From: an uncultured Thermoplasmata archaeon
Lineage (GTDB): Archaea > Thermoplasmatota > Thermoplasmata > Lutacidiplasmatales > UBA184
Direction: 5' to 3'
NCBI GenBank assembly: GCA_963804525.1
Contig: CAWDQO010000005.1
Span: 107,871-171,870, forward strand
Length of the DNA: 64,000 bases
The notes beneath the pieces are model-generated. The model was not told the DNA's origin. It made no database searches and saw only the letters and a program-made list of their open reading frames with translations. A program made the position numbers and the translations under genes. Every line of letters starts with the position of its first letter. Position 1 is the first letter of the stretch. Shown here one piece after another: positions 41,115 to 52,134 of the stretch.

Positions 41115-42311
41115 ATGACGGACCCATCCTCGTCGGCGGATTCGGCCGTCGTCCTCGGCGCGGGGTACGCCGGCCTCCGGGTCGCCCACGAAGTCCGGCG
41201 GCGGAGCCGAAAATCGATCCCAGTCGTCCTCGTCGACCGGAGCCCCGTCCACGTGCTCCGGACCGAGCTCTACGAGGTCGGGGCGCTCGCCGCAGGCGAC
41301 GCCTCATCGCGCCGGTTCACCCTCCCGCTCGACGAGCTCGCGCGGAACGACGGTATCTCCCTCGTGGAGGGGACGGTCGCGGGAATCGACCTCGACGGCC
41401 GCACGGTCGACCTCGGCACCCGCCGCCTTCCCTACCGGAGCCTCGCGATCTGCCTCGGCAACGTCGCGGCGTTCTACGGGGTCCGCGGCGCTGCGGAGCG
41501 GACGTACCAAGTGTACCGGTACAGCGGGGCGGTCCGGCTCGCCGCGGCGATGCGGGAGCTCGAGGCGAACTCGCCGACCCTCCCCGGGGCGCGCCGGCCA
41601 CGGATCCTGGTGATCGGGGGTGGCTCGACCGGTACCGAGGTCGCCGCCGAGATCGCCACCGCCGACTGGCGCCGGATCGCCGGACCGATGGTCCGACCCC
41701 CCGAGGTCGTTCTCGTGTGCGGCGCCCTTCCGTTCCTGACCGGCCTCCCGGCCGGACTCATCGGCCACGCCCGACGGCTGCTCTACGACGCGGGGGTCGT
41801 ACTGCACGAGGGGGCGAACGTCCGCGCGGTCGAGACCGACCGGGTCGTCCTCGAGACCGGCTCGGAGATCCCGTTCGACCTCGCGGTCTGGGCCGCGGGG
41901 GTCCAGGCGCCGGACGTCGTCACATCGCTGCCCGTTCCCCACGGCCACGGAGGCCGCCTCAAAGTGACCGAGCACCTCGAACTCCCGGGGCGGCCGGGGG
42001 TGTTTGGGGTCGGGGATGTCGTGGAGTTCGAGGATCCGCAGACCCATCTCGTCGTCCCGAGCACCGCGCAGGCGGCGCTCGCCGAGGCGCCGGTCGCCGC
42101 CGCGAACCTCGTGGCCCGGTGGAGCGGTACCCCGATGCGCCCGTTCCGATACCGGGAGCGCGGCGTCGTGGTCGCCCTCGGGGTGGGACGGGCCGCCGGG
42201 AAGTTCAGCCGCGTGACCGTCTGGGGGTCTCCCGCCCGACTCCTCAAGACGCTCGTCGAACGCGAGTACGCGAAGGCGACCGAGCACGGCCGCGCCCCGC
42301 CCGGGCTGTGA
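41115..42311 (+). CDS. Type II NADH dehydrogenase-like FAD oxidoreductase
   Basis: LGAGYAG, IGGGSTGTEVAAE, WAAGV, GVGD, PSTAQAA. Confidence 0.88.
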   Translation: MTDPSSSADSAVVLGAGYAGLRVAHEVRRRSRKSIPVVLVDRSPVHVLRTELYEVGALAAGDASSRRFTLPLDELARNDGISLVEGTVAGIDLDGRTVDLGTRRLPYRSLAICLGNVAAFYGVRGAAERTYQVYRYSGAVRLAAAMRELEANSPTLPGARRPRILVIGGGSTGTEVAAEIATADWRRIAGPMVRPPEVVLVCGALPFLTGLPAGLIGHARRLLYDAGVVLHEGANVRAVETDRVVLETGSEIPFDLAVWAAGVQAPDVVTSLPVPHGHGGRLKVTEHLELPGRPGVFGVGDVVEFEDPQTHLVVPSTAQAALAEAPVAAANLVARWSGTPMRPFRYRERGVVVALGVGRAAGKFSRVTVWGSPARLLKTLVEREYAKATEHGRAPPGL

Positions 42312-42368
42312 GCGGTCGGAGGGTCCGCCGGAACCGTTAATCCACGCGGCGATTCGGCCGCCCCGGCG

Positions 42369-43346
42369 ATGCGCGCGATCGTCCTCATCGGCGGCTTCGG
42401 CACCCGCCTGCGACCGCTCACCTACGACGTCCCGAAGCAGCTGATCCCGATCGCGGGGAAGCCGATGCTCTACCACGTCCTCGACCTCCTCCCGCCCGAG
42501 GTCGACCAGGCGGTGTTCGCCACCGGCTACAAGGCCGACGTGATCGAGGCGTACGTCCGCGACCACCCGCTCCCGCGGCTCACCGTCGCGACCGTGCCCG
42601 AGGCGGAGCCGCTCGGCACCGGAGGCGGGATGCGCAACGCCGGGGACGGGATCGGGGACCCGTTCGTCCTCCTCAACTCGGACGTCGTCTGCGACGCGGA
42701 CGTCGCGGGGCTCCTCGCGTTCCACCGGGCCCGGAAGGCATTCGGCACGATGCTCCTCCACGAGGTCGATGACACCCGGCCGTACGGGGTCGCCGCGCTC
42801 GGACCGGACGACCGGATCGAGCGGTTCGTGGAAAAGCCGGAGCCGGCCGATGCCCCGTCCCACTGGATCAACGCCGGGGTCCACGTCTGGTCGGAGGCGG
42901 TCCTCGCCGAGATCCCGAAGGGACGGGCGGTCAGCCTCGAACGGGACACGATGCCGGTCCTCCTCCCCCGCGGGGTCTACGGGTTCCGGTCCGGGGGGTT
43001 CTGGGAGGACGCAGGGACCCCCGAGCGGCTCCTCCACGCCCAGCAGCTCCTGTTCGACGCCGGTCGCGGCGGGAGCGGAGCGCTCCCCGCCGGCGCCCTC
43101 GGCCACGGACCCGCCGCCGTCGGGGCCGGGGTATCGGCCCGGGGGGCTACGTTCGGGCCGTACGTGACCCTCGGGGCGGGGGTGGTCCTCGAGCCGGGGG
43201 CCCGAGTGGAGAACTCGGTCGTCCTCGACGGCGCCGTGATCGGCGCCGGGGCATCGGTCTCCGGGTCGATCCTTGGCCCGAACGCCCGGGTCGCCGCCGG
43301 ACACACGGTGAAGGGGACCGTCCTGGGGCGCGGCGGCGCGGCCTAG
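42369..43346 (+). CDS. Sugar-1-phosphate nucleotidyltransferase (mannose-1-P guanylyltransferase-like) with LbH tail
   Basis: GGFGTRLRPLT..PK, EPLGTGG, FVEKP, WEDAGT, hexapeptide repeats. Confidence 0.92.
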   Translation: MRAIVLIGGFGTRLRPLTYDVPKQLIPIAGKPMLYHVLDLLPPEVDQAVFATGYKADVIEAYVRDHPLPRLTVATVPEAEPLGTGGGMRNAGDGIGDPFVLLNSDVVCDADVAGLLAFHRARKAFGTMLLHEVDDTRPYGVAALGPDDRIERFVEKPEPADAPSHWINAGVHVWSEAVLAEIPKGRAVSLERDTMPVLLPRGVYGFRSGGFWEDAGTPERLLHAQQLLFDAGRGGSGALPAGALGHGPAAVGAGVSARGATFGPYVTLGAGVVLEPGARVENSVVLDGAVIGAGASVSGSILGPNARVAAGHTVKGTVLGRGGAA

Positions 43347-46081
43347 TCGACCGCGGGTGGCGGCGGCCGCGGGTTCTTCGGCCGTGCCGGCCGCCGGAGC
43401 CCGACCAGCAGCACCGCCTCGAATCCCGCGAGGGCCGCGAGCCCGACCGCGACCCAGAACGTCGTCCCGTACGCGGAGCTGTTCGAGCCGCTCCCGCTCG
43501 GCGTTCCGGTCCCGGAGCCGGGCGATGCCGCCACCGGCACGGTCAGCACGTTGCTCGTGGCCGACCCGCCCGCGGCGTCGGTCGCCTGCACGCTGATCGT
43601 GATGTTGCCCGCCGTCGCGGGGATGACGGTGATCGAGGTTCCGTTGTCTCCGGCGAGCCGGGCGGCCCCCTCGTACCAGCTGAGCGAGACCGGGAACGTC
43701 CCGCCGAGCACGGTCACGGCGAACGTCGCAGGGGTTCCCACGACGAGCGCCGTGGTGTTGGTGGCCGCGAGGGAGAGGATGAGGGCGTTGTGGACCGGGA
43801 CCGCCACACTCGAGGCGTTGACGACCGCGCCGGTCGCGTCCGCGACCGACACCTCGGCGGTCACCGAGTCCGCGGACCCAGTGGCAACGGCCACGGGACC
43901 GGTGCAGTTGCCCGGGGTCGGGAACTGTCCCGGGAAGGGTCCAGGTGCAGGCGTACGGGGCAGTCCCCCCAGAGATCGCCGCGGAGAACGTGAGGGGTCC
44001 GCCCGCGTCGGCGCCGGCCGACGACGGCACGACGCTGACGTTCAACGAGGGGTTGACCACGACCACCGCGGGAGCCGAGGTGACCACGTCCCCGGCGGTG
44101 TCCCGGAACGTCGCGACCGGGAAGCTGACGCCGGGCCCGGTCGGACGGCACGACACGACGGAGGAGGAGGTCGCGAGGCACCCGACCGGGAGGCCGGACC
44201 AGGCGAACGTGTAGACCCCGCTCCCCCCGTGCGCCAGGGCCGTCAGGGTGAACGTCCCGCCGACGTCGATCGGGTCCGGGGACGCGGTCGCCGTGCCGGC
44301 GAGCGGGAGGGGAGTGGCGACGAACTCGTCCTCGAGGATCGTCTCCGCGCCGTAGACGTTCGTCGGCACGTACACGGAGCCGACCATCAGGTGCGTGTAG
44401 CCGCTCGTTCCCGTCGGCCCGGCGACCGTCTCGGTCGTGTACTTGGGGGTCGCCGACTGGACGAATCCGACGGCGAGGATGGACGGGGAGGCGCCCGCCG
44501 AGGCGATCGTCTCCAGCGCCGTCCAGATCCCGTTGCCGCCGGTCACCTCGTTGTCGACCGAGTCGGTCGTGGAGGTCACCGGTCCGGATCGGCTCACGGA
44601 GGTGTCGGTCGTGGCCTCGGTCCACTGCTGCTGGACGTCGAGCATCGACGTCGTGCCGTTCCCGGTGACCGGGTACGACCCCCCGGTCGTGGAGGAGACG
44701 ATGAACTGGGAGCCGAGGTTCGTCGCGATCCCGAACGCCCGGGTCGCGTTCGAGAACGCGGAGCCGTTCGCCCCGGTCGCGCTCGTCCGGTCGGTCATCG
44801 TCGAGCTCTGGCTCACGTTCTCCCACGACGTGCCGTTCGTCGCGGCGGTGAACGACACCACGGACTCCCGGAACGCTCCGGTGACCGAGGAGGACACGTC
44901 GACCGGTCCCGCGGTCGTGGTGAGCGTCGAATTGTACGCGAACGACGTGGCCGACGACTCGGTCGTTCCCGAGGTGGTCGGGGACGGGAAGGTCGCGGAG
45001 TTCCCGGTCAGCGTTGCCCCCTCGACCGTCGGGTCGGTCCAGACGAGGAGCGAGCCCTCGACGAGCCAGTCGGAGCTCGCGTCGCGATCCCCGATGCTCG
45101 CCCCGTAGGTGTGGGCGCCTTCGAGGGCGCCGAGCGCCCCGGTGAGGTTCACGTCGTACGGCCGGTCGCTCAGCGTGTAGGCGGCCGGGATCGGCCGCCA
45201 CAGGAACAGGTCGACGCCCCCCGTGTTCACGTACGGGAACGGGTACACGGCGGCGAACGGCGAGCCGTCGAGCGTGAGGTCGACCGCCCGGGCGGGCGAC
45301 GCGGCCGCCCACCAGAACTCGTCGGACTGGAACCCGTACGCCCACAGCTCCAGGGTCACGGCCGATGCGTTGGAGGGGACGGTGGCGTTCGCCGTGATCG
45401 TGGGCGAAGACGGTTTGACGAACTGCTCGGACCAGAGCGGGATCACGCGCGACGGTTCGCTCGGGAGGGGAGCCCCCGAGGGCGCCGGGTAGAACGACAG
45501 GGTGAGCGTCGTCTCGAAGTATCCCCCCAGCGTCGCCGCGCTCAGGATGAACGTGAAGTTCGCGCCGGGCTCGAGCAGGCTCTCGTACTCGGTGATGTTG
45601 TCCAGGACCGTCCAGGTGCCGTACTCCGGCGTCGTCCCGAAGAGGACCTGGGCGCCGCCGACGTACGCCCGGTACGATGAGTCGTAGACCGTGTTGACGG
45701 CGGTACCGGTGTAATTGAGGACGACCGAATCCCACGGTCCCCCCGCGGGCGTCCGGTTGACGTAGTCGCAGCAGCCCAGGCCGTTCGTGACGACCGACAC
45801 CACGGTCGGGGTCGTGTCGGGGAGCGGGGGAGGCGGCGTCTCCTGGTACGCCGAGACCGGGACGGCGGCATCCGGGTCGTCGGCCGCGACGGTCAGGTTG
45901 TGCTGGAGGAGGCCCCGGAGCGGGTCGACCGATGGGATCGTCGCCGGTCGGGCCGCAACGGCCACCCCCCCGAGACGGGCCGGCGGGGGGAAGTTCCCGC
46001 GTGGGGCGCGCCGGCGAGGGCCGCCCCCGGCAAGGTCAGGATCGCGACGATCGCGAGCACGACGACCGGCCGCGGTGTCAT
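43343..46081 (-). CDS. Peptide-N4-asparagine amidase A (PNGase A)-family domain + Ig/PKD stalk + C-terminal TM; frameshifts near 45970 and 43920
   Basis: FGTTPE, DEFWW, YPFPYVNTGGVDLFLWRPI, PYDVNLT; signal peptide; TM FWVAVGLAALAGFEAVLLVGL-RR. Confidence 0.75.
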
Positions 46082-46172
46082 CGTCGGGCCGAGCGCGGCG
46101 GCGTACTTAGACGTTGAGCGGGTCGTCGACGGCCCTCCGGGGGACGTTGCGCCGGGGTTCGCGTGACGGCCG

Positions 46173-47066
46173 TTACGCGGGAAGCCCCACCCGCTCCGAG
46201 GCAAGTTCCCAGAGCTTGCCGGCGACCGCCGCATCGTTCGACTCGCGGGACGACCGGACCGCCCGCGACCGGGCGAAGTACTCTCCGCTCGTCCCCTCCA
46301 CCTGCGGCGACGTCGCCAGGTACACCGGCGTCACGGCGCCCCGCGCGGGGGAGATCCCGAAGACGAACGCCGCGAACCGGATGACCGCCGCGGTCGCGCC
46401 GCGATTGTTGTGGGCGAAGCGGCTGCGGACGAAGCCGGGATGGACGGCGTTCACCGCGATCCGGTCCGCGCTCCACCGGCGGGCGAGCTCGTGCGTGAGC
46501 AGGATGAGGGCGAGCTTCGAGCGTCCGTAGGTGCCGAACCCGGAGTAGGCCCCGCGGGCGCCCTCCAGGTCCTCGAGGTCGAGCGAGGCGCCGATGTGGG
46601 CCGCGGACGCGACGTTGACGACGCGGGCCGAACCGGCCGCATGGAGCGGGTCGTGGAGGAGCCGCGTGAGGAGGAACGGGGAGAGGACGTTGAGGGCGAG
46701 CGTCCGCTCCACCCCCTCGGCCGTGACCTCCCGGCGGGCGAAGTACGCGCCCGCATTGTTCACCAGGACGTCGAGCTTCGGGTGAGTCGAACTGAGCTCG
46801 GCGGCCAACCGCCGGACGTCGGCGAGGAGGGCGAGGTCGGCCATGTGGGTCGTGACCCGGGCCGCCCGGGGGCGTCCCCGCAGGGTCCGGGCGACCGAAT
46901 CGAGCTTCGCGGGGTCGCGGCCGACGAGCGCGAGGGTCTCGACGCGGGAGACGAGCGCGTGCGCGGTCGCCTCCCCGATCCCCGAGGTCGCCCCCGTGAT
47001 CACGACGGTCCGGGGGGCGAACGCCGCGGATGGCGAGCCAACGTTCGGGGTCGACAGGTCGCTCAC
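46173..47066 (-). CDS. Short-chain dehydrogenase/reductase
   Basis: TGATSGIG, NNAG, VASAAH, YGRSK, VHPG. Confidence 0.95.
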   Translation of the reverse strand: MSDLSTPNVGSPSAAFAPRTVVITGATSGIGEATAHALVSRVETLALVGRDPAKLDSVARTLRGRPRAARVTTHMADLALLADVRRLAAELSSTHPKLDVLVNNAGAYFARREVTAEGVERTLALNVLSPFLLTRLLHDPLHAAGSARVVNVASAAHIGASLDLEDLEGARGAYSGFGTYGRSKLALILLTHELARRWSADRIAVNAVHPGFVRSRFAHNNRGATAAVIRFAAFVFGISPARGAVTPVYLATSPQVEGTSGEYFARSRAVRSSRESNDAAVAGKLWELASERVGLPA

Positions 47067-47114
47067 GGGTTCCTGCCCGCTTCCGACGGCCCGTCAAGGG
47101 CTTTGCGGAGCGGT

Positions 47115-48163
47115 TCAGCGAGCCGGGGTCCCGTACGATGCCCCGGTGACGACGACCTTCACGGCCTCGTCGGGGCGTCCGGCGAGGGCGAACGCCTCGG
47201 GCAGGCGGGCGAGCGGCAGGGTGTGGGTCACGACCCCCGAGACGTCGAGACGACGCTCGACGAGGAGGGCGTGGACGTCGGCGATCTCCCGCTCGGTCGT
47301 CGCGTACGTCGGGACGATCCGGACGCCCCGGAGGTAGAGCTCCTGGAGGTCGGCTTCGAGCGGGCGCCCGGCCTCGGGGAGGCCGAAGAGGTTCATCGTC
47401 CCCGCCCGGCGGACGAGCCGGGTCGCGAGCGCGACCGCGGGCGGGGCGCCGGTCGCCGCGACCGCGAGGGCGACGCCGCGGCCCCCGGTCGCTTCCTGGA
47501 GGAGGCGGTCGACGGCGCCGGGGTCGCGCGGGTCGACGGCCGCGGAAAAGCCGGAACGGACCGCCGCCGCCCTCCGGAGCGGGGCGATCTCCGCCCCCGC
47601 CACCCACGAGGCACCCAGCGCCCGGGCGACGAGGCCGTAGAGGATCCCGACCGGACCGAGGCCCACGATGAACACCGTGTCGCCCGACCGGAACCCGACG
47701 CGTCGGAGGGCGGTGAGCGCGCAGGCCGCCGGCTCGAGGAGGGTGCCGGCGTCCCATCCGACCGCAGGGTCGAGCGGGAGCACGGCTCCCCGCGCGACGT
47801 TCTCCGCGGGGACCCGGAACCGGTCGGCGAACCCGCCCGGGTCGAGGTTCGTCCCGGCGTACTTCGGGCAGAACGTGAGGTCGCCGCGCTGGCAGACGTC
47901 GCACGTGAGGCACGGGACGTGGTGGTGGACGAACACCCGGTCCCGGGCCGGAGCCGCGGGACCCCGGAGCCCACCGACTCGATGACGCCGACCGGCTCGT
48001 GGCCGATCTTTCCGGCGGTCCGGTAGTTGCCCCGGAGCTTCTCGAGGTCGGTGCCGCAGACGCCGCACGCGGCGAGCTGGACGACGACCTCGCCGGGGCC
48101 GGCGACCGGGTCCGGCTCCTCCGCGACGACGACCGCCCCGCCGCTCAGTCGGCCGACGTTCAT
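47115..48163 (-). CDS. Zn-dependent alcohol dehydrogenase (iditol/threonine DH-like); frameshift near 47945
   Basis: CGVCGTD, GHE, CLTCDVC..C, EPAAC, GLGPVG; overlaps the upstream stop. Confidence 0.9.
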
Positions 48164-49554
48164 CCGCGGCGCCGCGCCGCCGAGATCGCGGCGTCGAGGA
48201 TCTCGACCGCCTCGTCGACCTCTTCGCGCCGGACGATGAGCGGTGGGATGTACCGGATCGACGACTTGCCGCACGGGAGGAGCAGGAGCCCGCGGCGGTA
48301 CGCCTCCTCCACCACGCGGTCCTTGAGGACCACGTTCGGGGTCTTGTCGGAGGCGGAGACGACGAACTCGGTCGCGACCATCAGCCCGAGCCCGCGGACG
48401 TCGCCAATCTCCTCGTGCTTCGTCTGCAGCTCCCGGAGCCGCCGCATCAGGTGCTCCCCCTGGATCCGGGAGTTCTCGAGGAGCTTCTCCCGCTCGATGA
48501 CGTCGAGGGTCGCGAGCGCGCCGGCGACGGCGACGAGGTTGCCGCCGAACGTGTTCGAGTGGGCCCCCTGCTGCGGGTAGTCGAGGTCCTTCCGCGCGAT
48601 CATCGCCCCGATCGGGAGCCCGCTGCCGAGCGCCTTCGCGGTCGTGACGATGTCCGGGACGACCCCGTGGTGCTCGATGGCGAACCACTTCCCGGTCCGG
48701 CCGAACCCGGCCTGGACCTCGTCGTCGATGAACAGGATCCCGTGCTCGTCGCAGATCGACTTGATCTCCTTGTGCCAGCCCGGCGGGGGGACGATGTACC
48801 CGCCCTCGCCCATCACCGGTTCGGAGATGAACGCCGCGACGTCGTCCGGAGGGATCGACGTCTCGAAGTAGAGCTCCTTCAGGATCTTCGCGCAGTACAG
48901 GTCGCAGCTGGGGTACGTGAGCTGGTAGGGGCAGCGGAAGCAGTTCGGCGCCGGGATGTGGTGACCCCCGCCGGTGAACGGCTGGAACCGGGCGCGCTGC
49001 GAGAGCTTCGACGCCGTCATCGTCAGCGAGCCCATCGTCCGGCCGTGGAACGCGCCGAGGAGCCCGACCGTGATCGGCCGCTGGCGGTGCCACCGCGCGA
49101 GCTTCAGCGCCGCCTCGACGCTCTCGGTCCCGCTGTTGGTGTAGAACACCTTCTTCGCGTGGGACCCCGGGACGATGGCGGTCAGTCGCTCGGCGAGCCG
49201 GACCTGACTCTCGTAGTAGAAGTCGGTCCCGGCGAAGTGCATCAGCTCCCCCGCCTGCTTCTGGATGGCCCGCACGACGTCCGGGTGGCAGTGCCCGGTG
49301 TTGACGACGCCGACCCCGCTCGTGAAGTCGAGGATCCGGTTCCCGTCCACGTCGGTGACCCAGACCCCGGAAGCGCTCGCCGCCGCGACGGGCGAGGTCT
49401 TCGTGCTCTTCATCAGATAGCGGGCGTCGCCCGCGACGATCTTCTTCGCCTTCGGACCCGGGATCGGCGTGACGATCCGGACCCCGCGGAGGGGGGAGGC
49501 CTCGTCGCGAGGTACCGCCGGTGGGACCGACGCCTTCGCGCTCGTAGCTGGCAT
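48160..49554 (-). CDS. Class III PLP aminotransferase (4-aminobutyrate/ornithine type)
   Basis: DVDGN, SGTES, FHGRT, EPVMGEGG, DEVQAGFGRTG, TAKALG, NTFGGN. Confidence 0.95.
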   Translation of the reverse strand: MPATSAKASVPPAVPRDEASPLRGVRIVTPIPGPKAKKIVAGDARYLMKSTKTSPVAAASASGVWVTDVDGNRILDFTSGVGVVNTGHCHPDVVRAIQKQAGELMHFAGTDFYYESQVRLAERLTAIVPGSHAKKVFYTNSGTESVEAALKLARWHRQRPITVGLLGAFHGRTMGSLTMTASKLSQRARFQPFTGGGHHIPAPNCFRCPYQLTYPSCDLYCAKILKELYFETSIPPDDVAAFISEPVMGEGGYIVPPPGWHKEIKSICDEHGILFIDDEVQAGFGRTGKWFAIEHHGVVPDIVTTAKALGSGLPIGAMIARKDLDYPQQGAHSNTFGGNLVAVAGALATLDVIEREKLLENSRIQGEHLMRRLRELQTKHEEIGDVRGLGLMVATEFVVSASDKTPNVVLKDRVVEEAYRRGLLLLPCGKSSIRYIPPLIVRREEVDEAVEILDAAISAARRRG

Positions 49555-49664
49555 AGCGACCCCTCGAACACGACCCGGACCAAAAGGCTTGGCGGCCCCG
49601 GGGAGCGCCCGCGACCTCTGGACCAACCGCCTTTAAGGTCGGAACGCCCGCTCGACGCGCCGAG

Positions 49665-49952
49665 ATGGTTCCGGAGGAGCGAGGTCCCCGCCGCCGGGAG
49701 GCGTGGACTACGCTTCCGCTCGACGAGGTGGTCCCGGCCCGCGCGGTGCTCACCGAGCTCGCCCGTGGCTTCCTCCTGGTCCACGAGTCCGACCCGGACC
49801 ACGCGCGTCGGTTCGCCCAGACGTTCCTGCGCGAGCACGCCGGCCCGACGCCTGAGGCTCGGGTCGCGCCGGCGGAACGCCTGGCATCGGTTCGGCGGGG
49901 CGTCTCGATGGCGTTGCGCGAACCCACCCGGCCCGCTCCGTTCGACCCGTAG
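49665..49952 (+). CDS. Hypothetical protein
   Basis: Short ORF about 30 bp downstream of palindromic TATA-like CCTTTAAGG. Confidence 0.45.
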   Translation: MVPEERGPRRREAWTTLPLDEVVPARAVLTELARGFLLVHESDPDHARRFAQTFLREHAGPTPEARVAPAERLASVRRGVSMALREPTRPAPFDP

Positions 49953-49982
49953 GGGCCGGGGGCCGCGGGGGATCGTCTCGGT

Positions 49983-50387
49983 CTAGAGGATCGGGCGGAC
50001 GATCGTCACGGTCACCTGGGTCGGCTCGCCGGCCACCCCCCCGAAGCTGCACGCGGTCGTCCCGCCGAGGGAGACGAACGTGTACGAGCCCGAGCTCCCG
50101 ACCAGGGTGGCGCTCCCGTTGGTCGCAAGGAAGCAGGGGATGATCACGGTCTGCGGCTGGGGCGGCGAGCTCCAGGCGATCGTGACCCTCGATTCCCACG
50201 AGGAATTGAACTCGAGCCGCTCCCCGCACATCGGTCCGACGTTGGCGGTCCCCGCGCACGCGTTGGTGAGCGAGTAGCTCCGGCTGCTCGAGTTGACGGG
50301 GACGGTCGCGAGGACCACGAGCACCGCGACGACGGCGACGCCCGCACCGACCGAGGCCCAGACGATCCGCTTCGCCCGCCGGGACAT
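49983..50387 (-). CDS. Small membrane-anchored secreted protein
   Basis: MSRRAKR + TM, then a Cys-containing beta-rich domain. Confidence 0.6.
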   Translation of the reverse strand: MSRRAKRIVWASVGAGVAVVAVLVVLATVPVNSSSRSYSLTNACAGTANVGPMCGERLEFNSSWESRVTIAWSSPPQPQTVIIPCFLATNGSATLVGSSGSYTFVSLGGTTACSFGGVAGEPTQVTVTIVRPIL

Positions 50388-50535
50388 CGGGGGGCTCGCC
50401 GGGGGCGCGTCCACGCTCCGGATTCCCGTTCCGGCTTCAAGAAACTTCGCTCGGAAACCCCGGAGTCGTCGGGATGGGTCTCGGGGTCCGAGGGCGCGGC
50501 CCGCGGTCCCGGGGTACCGGTCGCCGGGCGGAGGA

Positions 50536-51498
50536 CTACCCGGCGCCGCGACGGACGGCGAGGTACGCGGCGAGGTCGTCCGGGAACGACCGCCGGGTGA
50601 GCCCGATCCGGACTCCCCTCGGAGTGCCGAAGAACGAGCCAGGGCAGACGAGGACGCTCGCGCGGAGCGCCCGGCGGGCGAGCCGGTCGCCGTCGAACCC
50701 CCGGTCGAACCACACGGGCGCCCCGAGAGGAGGGAGGTCCGGGAACGCCTCCCGGAGCACCGCCTCGTTCGCCCGGAGGATGGCGCGGGCCTCCCCGACC
50801 ACCTTCGCGCGGTCGCGGAGGAGGGCGAGCGCCCCGGCCACCGAAGCCGGCGCCACCCGGTCGGTCGCGAGAGCGTGGTACCGGGCGAACTCATCGACCC
50901 CCTCGGGGGGCGCCACGACGAACCCCACCCGGAGGTCGTCCCCGCCGAACGCCTTCGTGAAGGTTCCCGTCACCCAGCGGCCGGGACGTCGTTCGCTCGC
51001 CGCCGACGGGCGTCCGGAGAACTCCCGGAACGTCTCGTCCAGCAGGACGGCCCGGCTCCGCCCCACGAGATCGTCGAGCTCGCCGGGCCCGACGGCGGTC
51101 CCGAGCGGGTTCCTGGGGGACGCCACGGCGGCGACCTCCGCCCGGTCCCCTGGCCCAACGATTCGGAACCCGGCGAGTTCGGCCGTGTCGGGGATCGGCG
51201 GATATTCCGGTGGGTCGATCCGCAGACGTGGTCCGCCGTTCCCGTCCGTTCGGACCGTCCGCGCGAGGTGGTGGAGGACGAGGGCGTTCCCCTCGGTCGC
51301 GCCGTGCGTGAGGAAGACCGCGGAGGCGGGCGCCCCGACCAGGCGGCCGAGGGTCGTCCGGAGCCGGTTCGGGTCGGGAGCCGGAAGGCGGCGGAGCGAG
51401 CGATCGTAGGTCCGGAGCGACCCCTTCATCCCGCTCTGGCCGAGGTTGTGGCGGACCCCGGCGTGGGAGTCGATCCATTCGCCGAGCGGGAACCCCAT
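50536..51498 (-). CDS. Class I/II PLP aminotransferase
   Basis: THGATEG, SPRNPLG, DETF, TFTKAFG..LRVGF. Confidence 0.88.
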   Translation of the reverse strand: MGFPLGEWIDSHAGVRHNLGQSGMKGSLRTYDRSLRRLPAPDPNRLRTTLGRLVGAPASAVFLTHGATEGNALVLHHLARTVRTDGNGGPRLRIDPPEYPPIPDTAELAGFRIVGPGDRAEVAAVASPRNPLGTAVGPGELDDLVGRSRAVLLDETFREFSGRPSAASERRPGRWVTGTFTKAFGGDDLRVGFVVAPPEGVDEFARYHALATDRVAPASVAGALALLRDRAKVVGEARAILRANEAVLREAFPDLPPLGAPVWFDRGFDGDRLARRALRASVLVCPGSFFGTPRGVRIGLTRRSFPDDLAAYLAVRRGAG

Positions 51499-51550
51499 GG
51501 ACCGGGGGCTAGGTCCTCGAGAACGAGAAAACCGTTCCCCCCGCCGTCGC

Positions 51551-52069
51551 GTGCACCGGCAGGTATTTCGCGCCGGGCCCCGAACGACCTCCGTGGCGTC
51601 GGTCGACGGCCCCCGTCCCGAGCGGGTGCTCCGGGATTCGGCTCGCTGGTTCTCCGAGGGGGCCGAGCTGAAACGGGTCGCCCGACGGGAACGGCGGTGC
51701 GCAGCGTGCTCGCAGGGGCTCGCGACGCGCCGGACCCCGTACTGTTCGCGGCTCTGCCAGTGGCGGTTCCAGGCCGGCTACTTCTGGGACGCCGCCCGGA
51801 CGTACACGATCCACCGGGACCGGTTCACCTGCCGCGCCTGCGCCCGTCGGTTCCGGGTCGCGCAGCTCGAGGTCGACCACATCGTCGAGATCGCCCGGGG
51901 AGGGGCCCCGCTCGACCCCGCGAACCTCCAGACCCTCTGCAAAGGATGCCACCGGGCGAAGACCCTCGCGTTCCTTCGCGGTCGCGTTCGGGCGCGGACG
52001 TCGGCCCCTCCGGCGCCCCGGTCCGATGGCCGGGGGTCGTTCGATGTCGCCGAGTGGTTTCCCGCGTAG
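51551..52069 (+). CDS. HNH endonuclease with an extra N-terminal zinc finger
   Basis: CAAC..YCSRLC, RDRFTCRAC, EVDHI..GG..NLQTLCKGCH. Confidence 0.88.
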   Translation: MHRQVFRAGPRTTSVASVDGPRPERVLRDSARWFSEGAELKRVARRERRCAACSQGLATRRTPYCSRLCQWRFQAGYFWDAARTYTIHRDRFTCRACARRFRVAQLEVDHIVEIARGGAPLDPANLQTLCKGCHRAKTLAFLRGRVRARTSAPPAPRSDGRGSFDVAEWFPA

Positions 52070-52134
52070 GGCGGGGACCACCGTCGGGGGCCGCGAGCGT
52101 TTTGTAGCAGTCCCGAGCTATTCGAACGTCGACC

